In this document: positions 1-10,473 of the stretch, piece after piece
Position numbering within the stretch: the stretch's first letter is position 1
How the letters are laid out: every line of letters starts with the position of its first letter
Assembly: GCA_021790815.1 (NCBI GenBank)
Contig: JAJYFT010000001.1
Coordinates: 27,777 to 91,776 of the forward strand
DNA from: Actinomycetes bacterium
GTDB taxonomy: Bacteria; Actinomycetota; Acidimicrobiia; Acidimicrobiales; JABEUL01
Reading direction: 5' to 3'
DNA: 64,000 nucleotides
Position numbers and translations under genes: made by a program
The notes under the pieces: model-generated
What the model was told of the DNA's origin: nothing
What the model saw: only the letters and a program-made list of their open reading frames with translations
Database searches by the model: none

Positions 1-231
1 TGAAAAATTGGAGGGCTGATACTCTGGCCAACCTGGGTGCCCATCCATTTTGCCTGTCACGATCTTTAGATTTACAGGCGTTGCTCCCTGAGACGAAAGT
101 ACACCCCCATTCGCAATTTGCGAAGAGGGTGTACTACTCGAACACGAGCCAAGAGCTGCACCAAATATAACTGCTATCAGTCCTAAAAGCGCACGTCCCA
201 GCAAAATGTTAAACCGAATACTACGAGACAA
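1..231 (-). CDS. lipoprotein, N-terminal part only (gene runs off the window start)
   Basis: Not in the ORF track. The minus-strand frame is open down to position 1. TTG at 231..229 lies 8 nt after GGAGGG and gives MSRSIRFNILLGRALLGLIAVIFGAALGSCSSSTPSS..., i.e. basic n-region, hydrophobic core and lipobox LGSC. The C-terminus is outside the window. Confidence 0.45.
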   Translation of the reverse strand, partial: MSRSIRFNILLGRALLGLIAVIFGAALGSCSSSTPSSQIANGGVLSSQGATPVNLKIVTGKMDGHPGWPEYQPSNFS

Positions 232-817
232 CGAAGTTGCCCTCCATGTCTCCCATAGTTGCCATAGGTCCTTCCATCCCATCAGAACCGCTTCCACATG
301 GCGCAAAACACTTCCATACGTAACTACCAGCTTTTGTAGCTGTAAATGTATAGACCACTTTTACAGTTGACTGACCAGTTGGAACTGTTGGAATTACCAC
401 ATTTAGGCCAAGTGCGGCGACGGTAAAGGTGTGACTTACGTTTGAGTTTGGTTCTGAGGTTACAGATTGCCCGTCAACCGTCTCAGTGCCTCCTTGAACA
501 TTGTCATACTGAGTCATTCCAGCTGGAAGGGGGGCACTTCCATCATCATTGCTAATTATTGTAAGAGTTACCGTCGCACCTTTCTTCACCGTTACGTCAG
601 ATGGGCTATAACTCGGTGTAGCTTTATCCAGCGTTAGGCTGATTGCTTGCGCGGGAGGGGTGGTTGAAGCAGGACTTGATGTCGTTGCAGCAGTATTGTT
701 TGACGAACATGCAGCAAGAATTAATCCGAGTGCAAGCGACGACCCACCGCCTAAGGCTATTTTTTTGAACTTCTTAACTTTCATTTCTGATCCTTTCTCG
801 GAATGCTTTTTTTGCAA
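221..817 (-). CDS. cupredoxin-fold lipoprotein with COX2/CuA-like C-terminal motif
   Basis: The likelier start is ATG 784 (AAGGA 7 nt upstream), giving MKVKKFKKIALGGGSSLALGLILAAC (signal peptide plus lipobox) and a Ser/Thr/Pro linker. The beta-rich domain ends HTFTV...YVWKCFAPCGSGSDGM. This fits the CuA pattern H..C-x3-C-x3-H-x2-M except that the second His is Ser. Confidence 0.6.
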   Translation of the reverse strand: MQKKHSEKGSEMKVKKFKKIALGGGSSLALGLILAACSSNNTAATTSSPASTTPPAQAISLTLDKATPSYSPSDVTVKKGATVTLTIISNDDGSAPLPAGMTQYDNVQGGTETVDGQSVTSEPNSNVSHTFTVAALGLNVVIPTVPTGQSTVKVVYTFTATKAGSYVWKCFAPCGSGSDGMEGPMATMGDMEGNFVVS

Positions 818-1000
818 ACCTTCAATAGACCTAAGTATTAATTATTTTTGTTCTGCGTGATAGCCGAAAACTACGCTATTTTAAGTGTGAATTCTACGGA
901 GCGTATTACCGTAATGTTCGAACTCAAATTTACTTAACAATCCGTGCAATAAGTAATTTGACCGCTACGAACACTTAGTTTTATCTATTTACCTGGTATT

Positions 1001-2407
1001 TCAAATTGGAACTGAAAGCCTAATGGAAGTCCCTAATCCTTCTTTCCCAGTCAACTTTAAGGTACCGCCTAAAATATTTGCTCTTTCTCGCATCCCTCGG
1101 AGTCCTAAATGAGATGACCCAGCATCAATAGTAGGGTTAAACCCAATACCATTGTCTTCAATTAACACTGAAATCATCCCTATCTGAAATTCAATTACTA
1201 CAGTTATCTTCGAAGGGCTTGCATGAAGTAGCGAGTTTCTTATGCCCTCCTGACAAATCCTAAAAAGTCCCAATTCTATTTCACGATCCAACCGTTTAAC
1301 TTCACCTGAAATTGACAGCGATATTGGGATATCAAATGCACTTTCTGAATCGACAATTAGGCCCTTTAACGCTGGAATATAGCCTAGTGTTTCTAATGAT
1401 GGAGGTCTAAGACCTTGCGAGAGATTTCGTATACTTCTAGCGGCTGTTAAGAGTTGTTTCGTTACCTCTTCAATATCCCTAGTGACTTCCGCACCTCTAT
1501 CAACGTTAGAACATATCGCTGCAAGATTTTCCTTTATGGTGTCCAACTGTCTTGCAATATGCAAGATTGACTGGAGTGGGTCGTCGTGAAGTTCTCTTGC
1601 AATACGCTGTCTCTCATCCTCTTGAGCAAGCATTAGTGAAGAAGCAAATCCTCGTACATCTCTATACGCCCTTCTCTCCTCAGTTATATCTTGTAGAAGT
1701 ATCTGCATTAGTTGACTCTCTCCTGAGCCAACTGTGCTAACGAGGCACCTAAATTCATACTCTTTCCCATCGACCTTTATTTCCAGGGCATTTGAAGGTG
1801 CTACGTAGCTAAGTTCTAAAGTTGACAGAGACAGTATACTTCTAATATCTTTATCTAGAACCGATTTTCCAAATACACCCCATGCCGCAGGATTTGCATC
1901 TACAACTTTCCCATAACTATCAACCAAAAGAATAGGAGCACGAGTTTGCGCAAATAAATGTCTGAACCTAGATTCGCTTTCAACGTATGAAATTTCTGCC
2001 TGTTCTAGGTAAAGTTTTACCAGTTCTTCTTTTTCAATTCTATGGCCAACAATAATTCCCACAACGTCAACTACTACTAATGCAATGAATTCCATCAAAA
2101 GGCTGTCATGGTGATGTGACAAAAATATGTCTGGAATCCATAAAATAGTTGACCAGAAGGCAGTTGCTGCAGAACCGTGAAGCCCAAAGCGAAGCGCTGC
2201 GTAACCAACTGGAATTAAAAGCAAGAAAATAGGCAGCGTTGCAATAACGTCACCAATTGCTTTGTAATCAATATCAAGAATAAAGTGAACAACTGTAAGA
2301 AGTCCGACGCTTACTTGCACAATCCAAAATCTCGGATCTCTTAAAGGAGGATGAAGAGCTCGTTTTAAGACTTCAGTCCCTTTTAAAAGTGTGCTGTTTT
2401 CAGACAC
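1001..2407 (-). CDS. membrane sensor histidine kinase (TM region + PAS-like + HisKA_3 + HATPase_c)
   Basis: 468 aa with a hydrophobic N-terminal ~130 aa. PAS-like segment SRFRHLFAQTRAPILLVDSYGKVVDANPAAW, H-box ERQRIARELHDDPLQ, and ATPase motifs DNGIGF and GLRGMRERA. The GTG start overlaps the stop of the regulator gene by 1 nt. Confidence 0.85.
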   Translation of the reverse strand: MSENSTLLKGTEVLKRALHPPLRDPRFWIVQVSVGLLTVVHFILDIDYKAIGDVIATLPIFLLLIPVGYAALRFGLHGSAATAFWSTILWIPDIFLSHHHDSLLMEFIALVVVDVVGIIVGHRIEKEELVKLYLEQAEISYVESESRFRHLFAQTRAPILLVDSYGKVVDANPAAWGVFGKSVLDKDIRSILSLSTLELSYVAPSNALEIKVDGKEYEFRCLVSTVGSGESQLMQILLQDITEERRAYRDVRGFASSLMLAQEDERQRIARELHDDPLQSILHIARQLDTIKENLAAICSNVDRGAEVTRDIEEVTKQLLTAARSIRNLSQGLRPPSLETLGYIPALKGLIVDSESAFDIPISLSISGEVKRLDREIELGLFRICQEGIRNSLLHASPSKITVVIEFQIGMISVLIEDNGIGFNPTIDAGSSHLGLRGMRERANILGGTLKLTGKEGLGTSIRLSVPI

Positions 2408-3075
2408 TAGTCAACAATTGTTCCGCTGTCAATCAAGTGATGGTCAAGAGCCCAGATTGCTGCTTCAGTTCTTGATGAAACTCCAAGTTTTGACAGTACA
2501 TTACTTACGTATCCTTCTACGGTTCTTGTTCCAAGACTCAGTTTTGAAGCAATCTGCTTGTTAGATAGTCCTTTTGCTATCGCACAAAGTACGTCAGCCT
2601 CTCGTGAAGTAAGCTCTATGAATGGGTGCTCTTCATGATGCCAACGTCTATTAAGTCTCGCTGTAACTTCCTTATCTAAGACTGTATTGCCATTCGCCAC
2701 CGACACTATTGCGCTACAAAGCTCATTCTTATTTGCTGTCTTTAATAAGTAACCACTTGCCCCTGCATCCAATGCTGCAGTTATATAAGCATAATCATCA
2801 TAAGCACTAACTACTAATGCTTTTGTATCCGCTGAATCCTTTTGAATTGCTTCAATTACTGCCACCCCGCCAGCGCCAGGTAATTGGAGATCAATTAAAG
2901 CTACATTTGGCTTGAGAGCCTTAATGACTTCTATCGCTTCATCAGTTTCACTCGCCTCACCAATCACTTCGAGATTAAGGTCTGTTTCTAGTAGTTTCTT
3001 TACGCCATCTCTTACCAACGCGTGATCTTCAACCACGACAACTGTAGTTCTGATATTGCTGCTGTTTTCAGTCAC
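2407..3075 (-). CDS. response regulator, NarL/LuxR family (REC + HTH)
   Basis: 222 aa. Receiver domain (VVVVEDH, IDLQLPG, LLKT) and C-terminal LuxR-type HTH LTSREADVLCAIAKGLSNKQIASKLSLGTRTVEGYVSNVLSKLG. Confidence 0.9.
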   Translation of the reverse strand: MTENSSNIRTTVVVVEDHALVRDGVKKLLETDLNLEVIGEASETDEAIEVIKALKPNVALIDLQLPGAGGVAVIEAIQKDSADTKALVVSAYDDYAYITAALDAGASGYLLKTANKNELCSAIVSVANGNTVLDKEVTARLNRRWHHEEHPFIELTSREADVLCAIAKGLSNKQIASKLSLGTRTVEGYVSNVLSKLGVSSRTEAAIWALDHHLIDSGTIVD

Positions 3076-3078
3076 CTT

Positions 3079-5844
3079 CTAATATAATTTTACTACCTTT
3101 TCAACACCAACCTTAAATAACCTATCTGATTGGGTCGGTTGCCACTGCATCGGCGTATAAATTAAGTGACCATATCCTTGTATCAAGTGCAGCCACTTTA
3201 CTATTCCAGGTTCTACAAACGTTGCATCTTTCCAATTCGCAAATAAGTGGGGTTCAAAAGAAGCATAGATGATTAGCTGCTTGGGTCTCACTGCTGAAGT
3301 AACCCTTGCCATAAGTTCAAGTTCGCCAAAATCATTGAAAACTCTGACACTGTTAGCATCTTCAATCCCTAATTCGAGAGCGTCTCGGTCATTAATGTGA
3401 ACGACTGGGCGACCACGAGTTGTCTCCAACATAGTCGCATTTGTTGTATTTGTCGCATGGATACTCCACCTTGGATGTCCACCCGTAATTTGAAACTCAA
3501 AATTCCCTCCAATATCAGGTGGTTCTTTATGGCAGGGTAACTCTTCATTGACATCTATAAACCACGGATGATCCATATAAAATTGAGCACGACCCGTAAG
3601 TGTCTCATAAGGAACGTTTTCTTCAGTATGAATCTTATACGCTACAAATGGCTCAGTTAAGCTTATAGACCCTCCTCCAATAAGTGACATTGCCTGAGGA
3701 AGTTTGACAGGAGAAACTAGCCCCTTTTCTCTTAAAGTCTCAAGGTTTGTGCGTGGAGACAAATTTCCAGTCAACACTGAATCTCTTATTACCTCATCCA
3801 GTGCATACTCTTCACCGCCTGAATCTAGATGAGTAATTTGCTTTAACAGGTGTTCATAGGTCCTAACGTTGCCATCAAATCCAACAAACTCCGTAACCCC
3901 CCTTTCACTAGCTACTTTTGCAATTTCTTTTGAAAGTCTGTTGAATAGTTCAAACTCAGATAGGACTCCATCAACTGGATCGAATGCTTTATCGGAAAAC
4001 ATCCTGTCAAAAGCGTGTGAATTCGCAGCATGAAGTTCAACTCTTTCGCCTTCAACTGCAATTGGCAAGAAAATGTCAGAAAACATTGCCGCTGTATTCA
4101 TTCTGAAGTCAACGGTAACAATTAGATCCAACTTAGGCCAAAGGCTATTTAGCAGATTTCTTTGACCTCCACGTGTTCGTCTTAATATATTAGTACCAGC
4201 CTGAATCATGACTTTAGGTGTTACGCCAACTTTAGGTTTATCTAATACCCCCCACTGCTCCAGTGATTCTTCAAACATCTGGGAGAGTGGCTTTGGTGCA
4301 TCACCAGACATATCTTTCTCCCATTCATCTTTAAAGCCACAGTGGTGATAGTAAAATAAAGCAGGTGGAACCCCACCTTGAATTGTTGCTCCTATCCTCA
4401 TGAGTTCAGTAAAAGCTTTGCCTCTCGTCATTGCCTCATCAGAATCATAAAGGGACTCTAAAAACATTTCAACGGTTTCTATTGCCTTATCGCCTGCAGT
4501 AGCGCCGGCACCGTCCTTAAACATTGCAAGTACTTCACCCTCTAAAAGTGCAATGATGTAAGTGTCCAATCCAGTCCCAGGCTTTCCAAAATTTCCAGTG
4601 ATTGCTAATACTAGGTCTAAAGATCTTTCCATTAAATCACCGTGATAGTGTTTGCACGAGCCTAACCCATTAGACACTTTTGTTTTTAGTGAATAGATCC
4701 AGTTTGCAAGAGTTTCAATGATATCTTCGCTCAGTCCACATATTTTGGCTACATTTTCTTTTGTGTACTCCTCAAGTTTTGACCTTAAGATGTTAAAAAC
4801 TGACTCTGTTTGTGTACTGGTTCCATCTTTTAACGTAACTTCCAGTTCACCCGATAGATCTATGTCCGGCGAGGATCCAATTGGATCAAGCTGCCCAAGT
4901 TTAACTTCGCAAAGTGCACCAGCTTTAGACACATAAAACTTGTCCTCTCTTCCGCCTTCTTTTAAGTCAGACTCCCTTAAAAATCTTCTATCTGAAACTT
5001 TTACAAGAAGTGGCATATCGGTTTGTGAAATCAAGAACTCACGATCAATCCTTTTAGTATCAATTAGTTCTTTGGCAATTCCAAGCATTAACGCTGCATC
5101 AGTACCCGGCTTAATTGGAACAAATAAGTCTGCATGCATTGTCGCAGGTGAGTAGTCTGGAGCAATTACAACAACTTTTGCTCCATGGTATCTTGCTTCA
5201 GTTAAATAGTGATAGTAGGGAATGCGTGTAAAAGCAGGATTTCCATTCCATATAATTATTAATTGAGCTCTGAAAGTATCATCGGCCGAACTCCCTCCCA
5301 ATAGGTTTCCAAAAGTTAACCAGTGCCCAGCATGTATGTCACTTACTGATGCATTAGCATCTAGATATATTGAACTAAGTCCCCTCGAAAGTCTTGATCG
5401 AGCCATCGATGCAAGCACACCACACTCGGCACCTGATTCGAGGATGATAGATTCAGGACCTTCTGTCTCAATTGCCTCAACAACATGCTCAGCCACTGTT
5501 CTCAATGCTTCTTCAAGTGAGATCTCTTCCCATTGCGCACTGCCGCGTTCTCCGACCCTCCTCAAGGGTTTTGTGATCCTATCCTTAGAGTCACGCTGCT
5601 TCTGCCAGACACTTCCCTTTTGGCACCCTAACGGATTCATGTCTGGAATTCCATCAAACCCTTGCAAGACACCTGACTGTTCCTCAAATACTGATTTTGA
5701 GTCTCGAGAGTAGAGGCGGTAGGTACAGTTGGCTATACAGTTTCCGCAGTGACTTGACCAAGTTACCTTCTCCCAAGAAAATCGTTGGCGGTAATTATCC
5801 TCAGATGAACATCCGTTAATAGTTAGATTTTCGTATAATGTCAT
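3079..5844 (-). CDS. molybdopterin oxidoreductase catalytic subunit, type II DMSO-reductase family (NarG/EbdA-like), paralog alpha-1, no Tat signal
   Basis: 921 aa. FS0 motif H-CGN-C-IAN-C followed by MNPLGCQKG (H-x3-C-x3-C-xn-C as in NarG-type enzymes). Conserved blocks are shared with the three other paralogs. The N-terminus MTLYENLTINGCSSEDNYRQRF has no twin-arginine motif. No beta or gamma gene is adjacent. Confidence 0.85.
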   Translation of the reverse strand: MTLYENLTINGCSSEDNYRQRFSWEKVTWSSHCGNCIANCTYRLYSRDSKSVFEEQSGVLQGFDGIPDMNPLGCQKGSVWQKQRDSKDRITKPLRRVGERGSAQWEEISLEEALRTVAEHVVEAIETEGPESIILESGAECGVLASMARSRLSRGLSSIYLDANASVSDIHAGHWLTFGNLLGGSSADDTFRAQLIIIWNGNPAFTRIPYYHYLTEARYHGAKVVVIAPDYSPATMHADLFVPIKPGTDAALMLGIAKELIDTKRIDREFLISQTDMPLLVKVSDRRFLRESDLKEGGREDKFYVSKAGALCEVKLGQLDPIGSSPDIDLSGELEVTLKDGTSTQTESVFNILRSKLEEYTKENVAKICGLSEDIIETLANWIYSLKTKVSNGLGSCKHYHGDLMERSLDLVLAITGNFGKPGTGLDTYIIALLEGEVLAMFKDGAGATAGDKAIETVEMFLESLYDSDEAMTRGKAFTELMRIGATIQGGVPPALFYYHHCGFKDEWEKDMSGDAPKPLSQMFEESLEQWGVLDKPKVGVTPKVMIQAGTNILRRTRGGQRNLLNSLWPKLDLIVTVDFRMNTAAMFSDIFLPIAVEGERVELHAANSHAFDRMFSDKAFDPVDGVLSEFELFNRLSKEIAKVASERGVTEFVGFDGNVRTYEHLLKQITHLDSGGEEYALDEVIRDSVLTGNLSPRTNLETLREKGLVSPVKLPQAMSLIGGGSISLTEPFVAYKIHTEENVPYETLTGRAQFYMDHPWFIDVNEELPCHKEPPDIGGNFEFQITGGHPRWSIHATNTTNATMLETTRGRPVVHINDRDALELGIEDANSVRVFNDFGELELMARVTSAVRPKQLIIYASFEPHLFANWKDATFVEPGIVKWLHLIQGYGHLIYTPMQWQPTQSDRLFKVGVEKVVKLY

Positions 5845-5846
5845 GC

Positions 5847-6440
5847 TTATCTCCTGTATTTTTTATAAACATAGGATCCTATAATTACAAGTAATACTAC
5901 ACCAGTCACTTTCAAAGTTTTCCTTGAAATTAAATTTTGATTCCTAAACTCTCTAATACTGTTTTCACTGTCGATCTCACTTATTTGAGTGAGTTCATAG
6001 AACGATTTTGGAACTGATAGTACAAAGCCAGTTCCTAAAACGGTTATTAAATTTTTTGACTTTGAACTACCAAGACTTAAGCTTATATTTTTTTCACGGA
6101 ACGCTTTAATTGGTGAACTTCTGCCACTTACAACTTTTGCCATGTTTAACCACTCACCTTCCATGACAGGTGACCGATCTATTATTGGTTCGGGAACATC
6201 AACAGCATCTCTTACTGTTACCAAACCCCTATCAAATGTAAGTACAACTGCATAGTCGCGATCTTTCGCCTTTAAAGTGACGTCACCCTTAATTAAGCGT
6301 GTTGCGAAACTTCTAGACCTAAAACCACCTAAGTTTTCTACAAGTAACCCCGCGACCATATTAGCCATACCAGAAGCATTTTCTTCATCCTGAAGTATTA
6401 CCCTGACGTTACTTTCACTGGTCACACTTCGCGCCACCAA
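5847..6440 (-). CDS. SCP2-like lipid-binding domain protein with C-terminal membrane anchor
   Basis: 197 aa. The central region has an SCP2-like pattern (VTLKAKDRDYAVVLTFDRGLVTV ... EWLNMAKVVSGRSSPIKAF). The C-terminus VTGVVLLVIIGSYVYKKYRR is a TM helix. An alternative GTG start at 6425 would give a GTGA overlap with the upstream stop. Confidence 0.45.
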   Translation of the reverse strand: MVARSVTSESNVRVILQDEENASGMANMVAGLLVENLGGFRSRSFATRLIKGDVTLKAKDRDYAVVLTFDRGLVTVRDAVDVPEPIIDRSPVMEGEWLNMAKVVSGRSSPIKAFREKNISLSLGSSKSKNLITVLGTGFVLSVPKSFYELTQISEIDSENSIREFRNQNLISRKTLKVTGVVLLVIIGSYVYKKYRR

Positions 6441-8038
6441 CTTTCAATCCCAATATCCTCCGCAATAATTGAAAGAGCATTATATGCTGGTGCAAACGTA
6501 ATAAATCCATGGGGGTGTTGAGTGGAACCAGCCATATAGAGACTTTCAATAGGTGTTCTGTACTGACCAAGTTCCGGTGTAGGCCTTACATCAAGCATAT
6601 TCTCCAACGTAATTTCACCCATCATCCAGTCGCCTTTAACCATGTTTGGTAGTTTTTCAGTTATATCATGTGGGGAGTAAGTCGCAAACTCTATGATCGA
6701 GTCTTCGACATTCGGAGCAAACTTATTCCAAGTTCTTATGCACGATTCACCATAGTGACGAGATTCAACGTTCCACTCTGCTGAGCCACCATTTGAGTTA
6801 TTCCCAGTTTTCACCTCATAAGGTGCAAACTGACGCAACAGACCAGTATAGAATCCTTCAGGAGCATCCGTTGGATCGTATAATGAGTTGACAGCTGCAT
6901 TTGGATGAGGAGTGGGAAGCCTACCCTCTTTTATAAGTCGCCAGTCATTATTCAAGTCACCAAGTGAGCCGTAGCCAAGATTTACTACCCAAGCTCTGTT
7001 TACATCTGGATTAAATGACGAAGCAACGTAATTTGGCAACTCTTTCATCGCTAGATGTACTGAAAAGAGACTGTACTCTTGATGTTTTACATTTTTTACT
7101 TTCTCAACAAATTCATTTCCCAGAATTTCATTTTTCTCATTTTCATTTAAGAACTCTAAAAATGTCTGTTCTACTGAAACTGTTGAAGCAACTAACTTAC
7201 GCGCAACGATCTCATTGCCATCACTTAGCCGAACTCCTACTGCTTTTTTATTGTCAACTACAATTCCTTGCACTTCTGCATCAGTTATTAGGACTCCACC
7301 ATGAAATGCAAAATCACGCCAAAGGCCATGTGCTAAGCGGTGTGAACCTCCTACTGAAAGGTGCCAATTATTAATCTTCCCAACAAGTAGCGGAAACCCT
7401 ATTGCAAGACCGACTTTATCGTTACTGTATCCACATATAGCACCATGGAAAGCTAAGTGAGCTTTGACTTTGTCACTTTCAAAGTGTTCATTTAGGAAGT
7501 CATTTATTGTCTCTCTTCTTAGCTTAACCGATAAGAATTCAGACCTCTTATTAACACCAAAAACGCTTAATGCCTTTGTTAAATCTTTAACAGACATCGG
7601 CGGTTCAAACATTAAAGTACTTAAAAGAAGGTTTACATAACCGTGTGCTTCGGTAAAGAGCTTCTTGAATGTCTCCGCATCCTTCTTTGAAAATTGTGAT
7701 ATGGATTCGACCGTTTTATCAATATCTTCATAGACAACAAGTGCGCTACCATCCTCATATATGCTAGCCATCTGCACTTCAGGTCTCACATATTTTACGC
7801 CATGGCCTCTCAGGTCAAGATCTCCAACCGGAGGACTTAGGTCGACAAAAGTATGGTAGTTGGCATGGACATTGTGCAAGAACCCAGGAAGAGTTAGCTC
7901 TTCAGTAGTTAAGCCACCACCTTCTTCATGTCTGCGTTCTAAGATAACAACTTCAAGGCCCGATCTTTGTAGATAACAGCCAAGTGCAAGACCATTATGA
8001 CCTGCTCCAATTATGATTACATCAGCTTCTTTTAACAT
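6422..8038 (-). CDS. FAD-dependent oxidoreductase, phytoene desaturase (CrtI/CrtO)-like family, paralog 4 of 4
   Basis: 538 aa. N-terminal DVIIIGAGHNGLALGCYLQRSGLEVVILERRHEEGGG dinucleotide-binding motif and C-terminal MAGSTQHPHG motif. The gene abuts the next gene with no gap. Confidence 0.8.
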   Translation of the reverse strand: MLKEADVIIIGAGHNGLALGCYLQRSGLEVVILERRHEEGGGLTTEELTLPGFLHNVHANYHTFVDLSPPVGDLDLRGHGVKYVRPEVQMASIYEDGSALVVYEDIDKTVESISQFSKKDAETFKKLFTEAHGYVNLLLSTLMFEPPMSVKDLTKALSVFGVNKRSEFLSVKLRRETINDFLNEHFESDKVKAHLAFHGAICGYSNDKVGLAIGFPLLVGKINNWHLSVGGSHRLAHGLWRDFAFHGGVLITDAEVQGIVVDNKKAVGVRLSDGNEIVARKLVASTVSVEQTFLEFLNENEKNEILGNEFVEKVKNVKHQEYSLFSVHLAMKELPNYVASSFNPDVNRAWVVNLGYGSLGDLNNDWRLIKEGRLPTPHPNAAVNSLYDPTDAPEGFYTGLLRQFAPYEVKTGNNSNGGSAEWNVESRHYGESCIRTWNKFAPNVEDSIIEFATYSPHDITEKLPNMVKGDWMMGEITLENMLDVRPTPELGQYRTPIESLYMAGSTQHPHGFITFAPAYNALSIIAEDIGIESWWREV

Positions 8039-8503
8039 CTAACTATCAGCCTTTCGCACGTAGGGAGGTTTCCCAAGCGGCCACTCAGTTTCCACATTTT
8101 TCGTGTATGCAAGTAGCAAAGTTTGTACCTGATCAGCTTGACGAAGCAGGAACCTCATATCACCTTTAACCTTGATATCACCACCTAAAGCTGCATCAAT
8201 TGGGTCAAGTGTACCAGCGGCTATTGAGTCAAATACTTCAGCATTTCCTCTAAAACGATAATTTAGCTTTACGTCAAGTGACTTTCCTAGTTCAATCTCT
8301 TCATACCACATACACTTCCCATCCTCAATTGAAACTAAAAAGTGTCTTTCAGATCCTTCATCAACATATGGTGAGACTCCATCCCCAACAATCTCAATTA
8401 CGAGAATCCACTTCCCTTTCGGTACTTCTTTTAAGGTAGAAGCACTTTTATTGATAGCATCTTTGACGCTTTCGTACCACTCATCTGTATAAATTTTTGA
8501 CAA
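8039..8503 (-). CDS. SCP2 sterol/lipid-carrier domain protein
   Basis: 154 aa. Classic SCP2 C-terminal pattern NAEVFDSIAAGTLDPIDAALGGDIKVKGDMRFLLR. Confidence 0.75.
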   Translation of the reverse strand: MSKIYTDEWYESVKDAINKSASTLKEVPKGKWILVIEIVGDGVSPYVDEGSERHFLVSIEDGKCMWYEEIELGKSLDVKLNYRFRGNAEVFDSIAAGTLDPIDAALGGDIKVKGDMRFLLRQADQVQTLLLAYTKNVETEWPLGKPPYVRKADS

Positions 8504-8516
8504 TTAACACTCCTTA

Positions 8517-10130
8517 TTAATACCCTCGACTAGCCACAACGGGGGTGTCGAGTGAAAAATCGTTAGCAATTACCTTAAAAGAATTGTATCCACATGCGGC
8601 ATGAACACCACCTCCTGGATAAGCTGACGGTCCACAGAGGTAAAGCCCTTCTACTTCAGTTCTGTATGAAGATGCTTCAGGGAAAGGTCTGTTTGGCCCC
8701 ATCTGATCTGGAGAAAACTCACCATTTGAAAAATCTCCTTCCATCATCATGTTCTTTCTCTCCATCTGATCGGGAGTATAGACTCGTTCTGCAATAATAT
8801 TGTCAGACGTCATGTTTGGTGCAAATCTTTGCCACACATCAATAAACTTCTTATTATAGGTTCTTCTAACTTCTTCCCATTCTTCTTTTGATAGCGCACT
8901 TTTTGGGGGCATAAAGTACCACCCTGTTGCACTGTGCCGTGATGGAGGTGCTTGCGACTGATCCCAAATGCTGTTTACCCAGGTTCCTGCTGCTGGTTTC
9001 GGAAGGTGTCCGTTATAGGCATCCCTAATATACTGAGCCATGTCCAACTCATTTTCAAACCCAACTAAGGTGTAAAAGCACTTATTAATCTCCTCGTCAT
9101 ACTTAGCTGACTTGTAGTTTGGCGCTTCATATAGGCACATAGTCAAAGTACCTAATACATGACTTGGTCCGTATCTAAATGCCTTTGCTCGCTTAACCCA
9201 CTTAGGTGACAAGTTATCTTGCCCTACCATATCTAAAAGAGTCTGTCTTAAGTCCGCATTCGAAGCTACTAGTTTTGAAGCATTGAAAGTATCTCCATTT
9301 GCTACCTTTACCCCAGTAGCTCTACCATTTTCTACAATAATCTCTTTTACTTCAGAGCTTTCAACTAAATCAACGCCAGCACTGTAACAAGCTTGAGTCA
9401 TTGCTTTTGCCAATGAATGGGTACCACCTTTACACATCTTCCAATTACCCATCGTCCACATTATGAATGTCAAGAACGCAGCTCCTGTGCAAGCTGTATC
9501 AACAGGAAAACCCCATTCGACTGTAGAGCGGTAGAGAAGTGCCCTTAGTTCAGTGGATTCAAAAAGTTCGTCTATCACTACTTTTGGTGTCTTCATAACA
9601 AAATCAGCAGTTATTCCTAGATCACCAAGCAAAGCATCGATAAGCTGACCCTGCAGTTGCGTATCTCCTTCAAGTGGCGGAGAGTACAAATTTACTGCCA
9701 AAAGGTTTTCCATGCTCATTACTCGTTTTTTCAATTCAACATACATATCTGCATCACTTTTTGAATATACAGATATAGATTTATGAGTTCGATCCAACAA
9801 ATCAGGACGATGAATAATTACTGGTGGCCTTCCATCTTCAAAAGCAATACCGGCCTGAGCTTCAGGCATAATTGTCCTAAGGCCAATTCTTTCTAGCTCA
9901 AAGTCTTTAAACATCGGCATAATGTCAAAAAACTCCATGTATTGAGCGTGCATGTTATGCCTGTACCCTGGCAAAAGTGGCTCTTCGGTATTTACTCCAC
10001 CACCTTCTTCATGCCGTCTTTCTAAAATCGCTGTTTTAAGTCCGGCTCTCGCCAAATAAGCACCCAAACAGAGACCGTTGTGACCTGCGCCAATTACAAT
10101 AGCGTCATAATTAAATGTTTCAGGCATCAA
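8517..10130 (-). CDS. FAD-dependent oxidoreductase, phytoene desaturase (CrtI/CrtO)-like family, paralog 3 of 4
   Basis: 537 aa. DAIVIGAGHNGLCLGAYLARAGLKTAILERRHEEGGG and C-terminal LCGPSAYPGGGVHAACGYN. Confidence 0.8.
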   Translation of the reverse strand: MMPETFNYDAIVIGAGHNGLCLGAYLARAGLKTAILERRHEEGGGVNTEEPLLPGYRHNMHAQYMEFFDIMPMFKDFELERIGLRTIMPEAQAGIAFEDGRPPVIIHRPDLLDRTHKSISVYSKSDADMYVELKKRVMSMENLLAVNLYSPPLEGDTQLQGQLIDALLGDLGITADFVMKTPKVVIDELFESTELRALLYRSTVEWGFPVDTACTGAAFLTFIMWTMGNWKMCKGGTHSLAKAMTQACYSAGVDLVESSEVKEIIVENGRATGVKVANGDTFNASKLVASNADLRQTLLDMVGQDNLSPKWVKRAKAFRYGPSHVLGTLTMCLYEAPNYKSAKYDEEINKCFYTLVGFENELDMAQYIRDAYNGHLPKPAAGTWVNSIWDQSQAPPSRHSATGWYFMPPKSALSKEEWEEVRRTYNKKFIDVWQRFAPNMTSDNIIAERVYTPDQMERKNMMMEGDFSNGEFSPDQMGPNRPFPEASSYRTEVEGLYLCGPSAYPGGGVHAACGYNSFKVIANDFSLDTPVVASRGY

Positions 10131-10473
10131 CTACCTCTTTTTGAGGCTCAGTCATTGCACGGAGACGCGGAACACGTTTTTCCACTACTTGAACTTCTGG
10201 TTCTAGTTCAACTGATTTATTCTTCAAATGGAAAAACCACCTAAAACCCAGCTTCCAGACTTTAGGTCTCATAGCGACCTTTAACATTCCAGGTATATCA
10301 TCTTGTGACACTCTTATAGAGAACTCCCATGTTACAGGGCGTTGAACTGTACCAGATAGTACCAGCTCGCCATTTTCAGATTTAATTTCACAATCTTTTA
10401 GATCTATTACCAGCTCTCTTTTACCGAGCCCTCTCGACTTAAGCTTCAAGATAAGCCTCCTTGTACTTCTCAA
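10120..10473 (-). CDS. small hypothetical protein embedded in the CrtI-like operon
   Basis: 117 aa ORF that overlaps both neighbours (35 nt upstream, 11 nt downstream). I recognise no motif. Support comes only from position inside a tightly packed operon. Confidence 0.4.
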   Translation of the reverse strand: MRSTRRLILKLKSRGLGKRELVIDLKDCEIKSENGELVLSGTVQRPVTWEFSIRVSQDDIPGMLKVAMRPKVWKLGFRWFFHLKNKSVELEPEVQVVEKRVPRLRAMTEPQKEVVDA

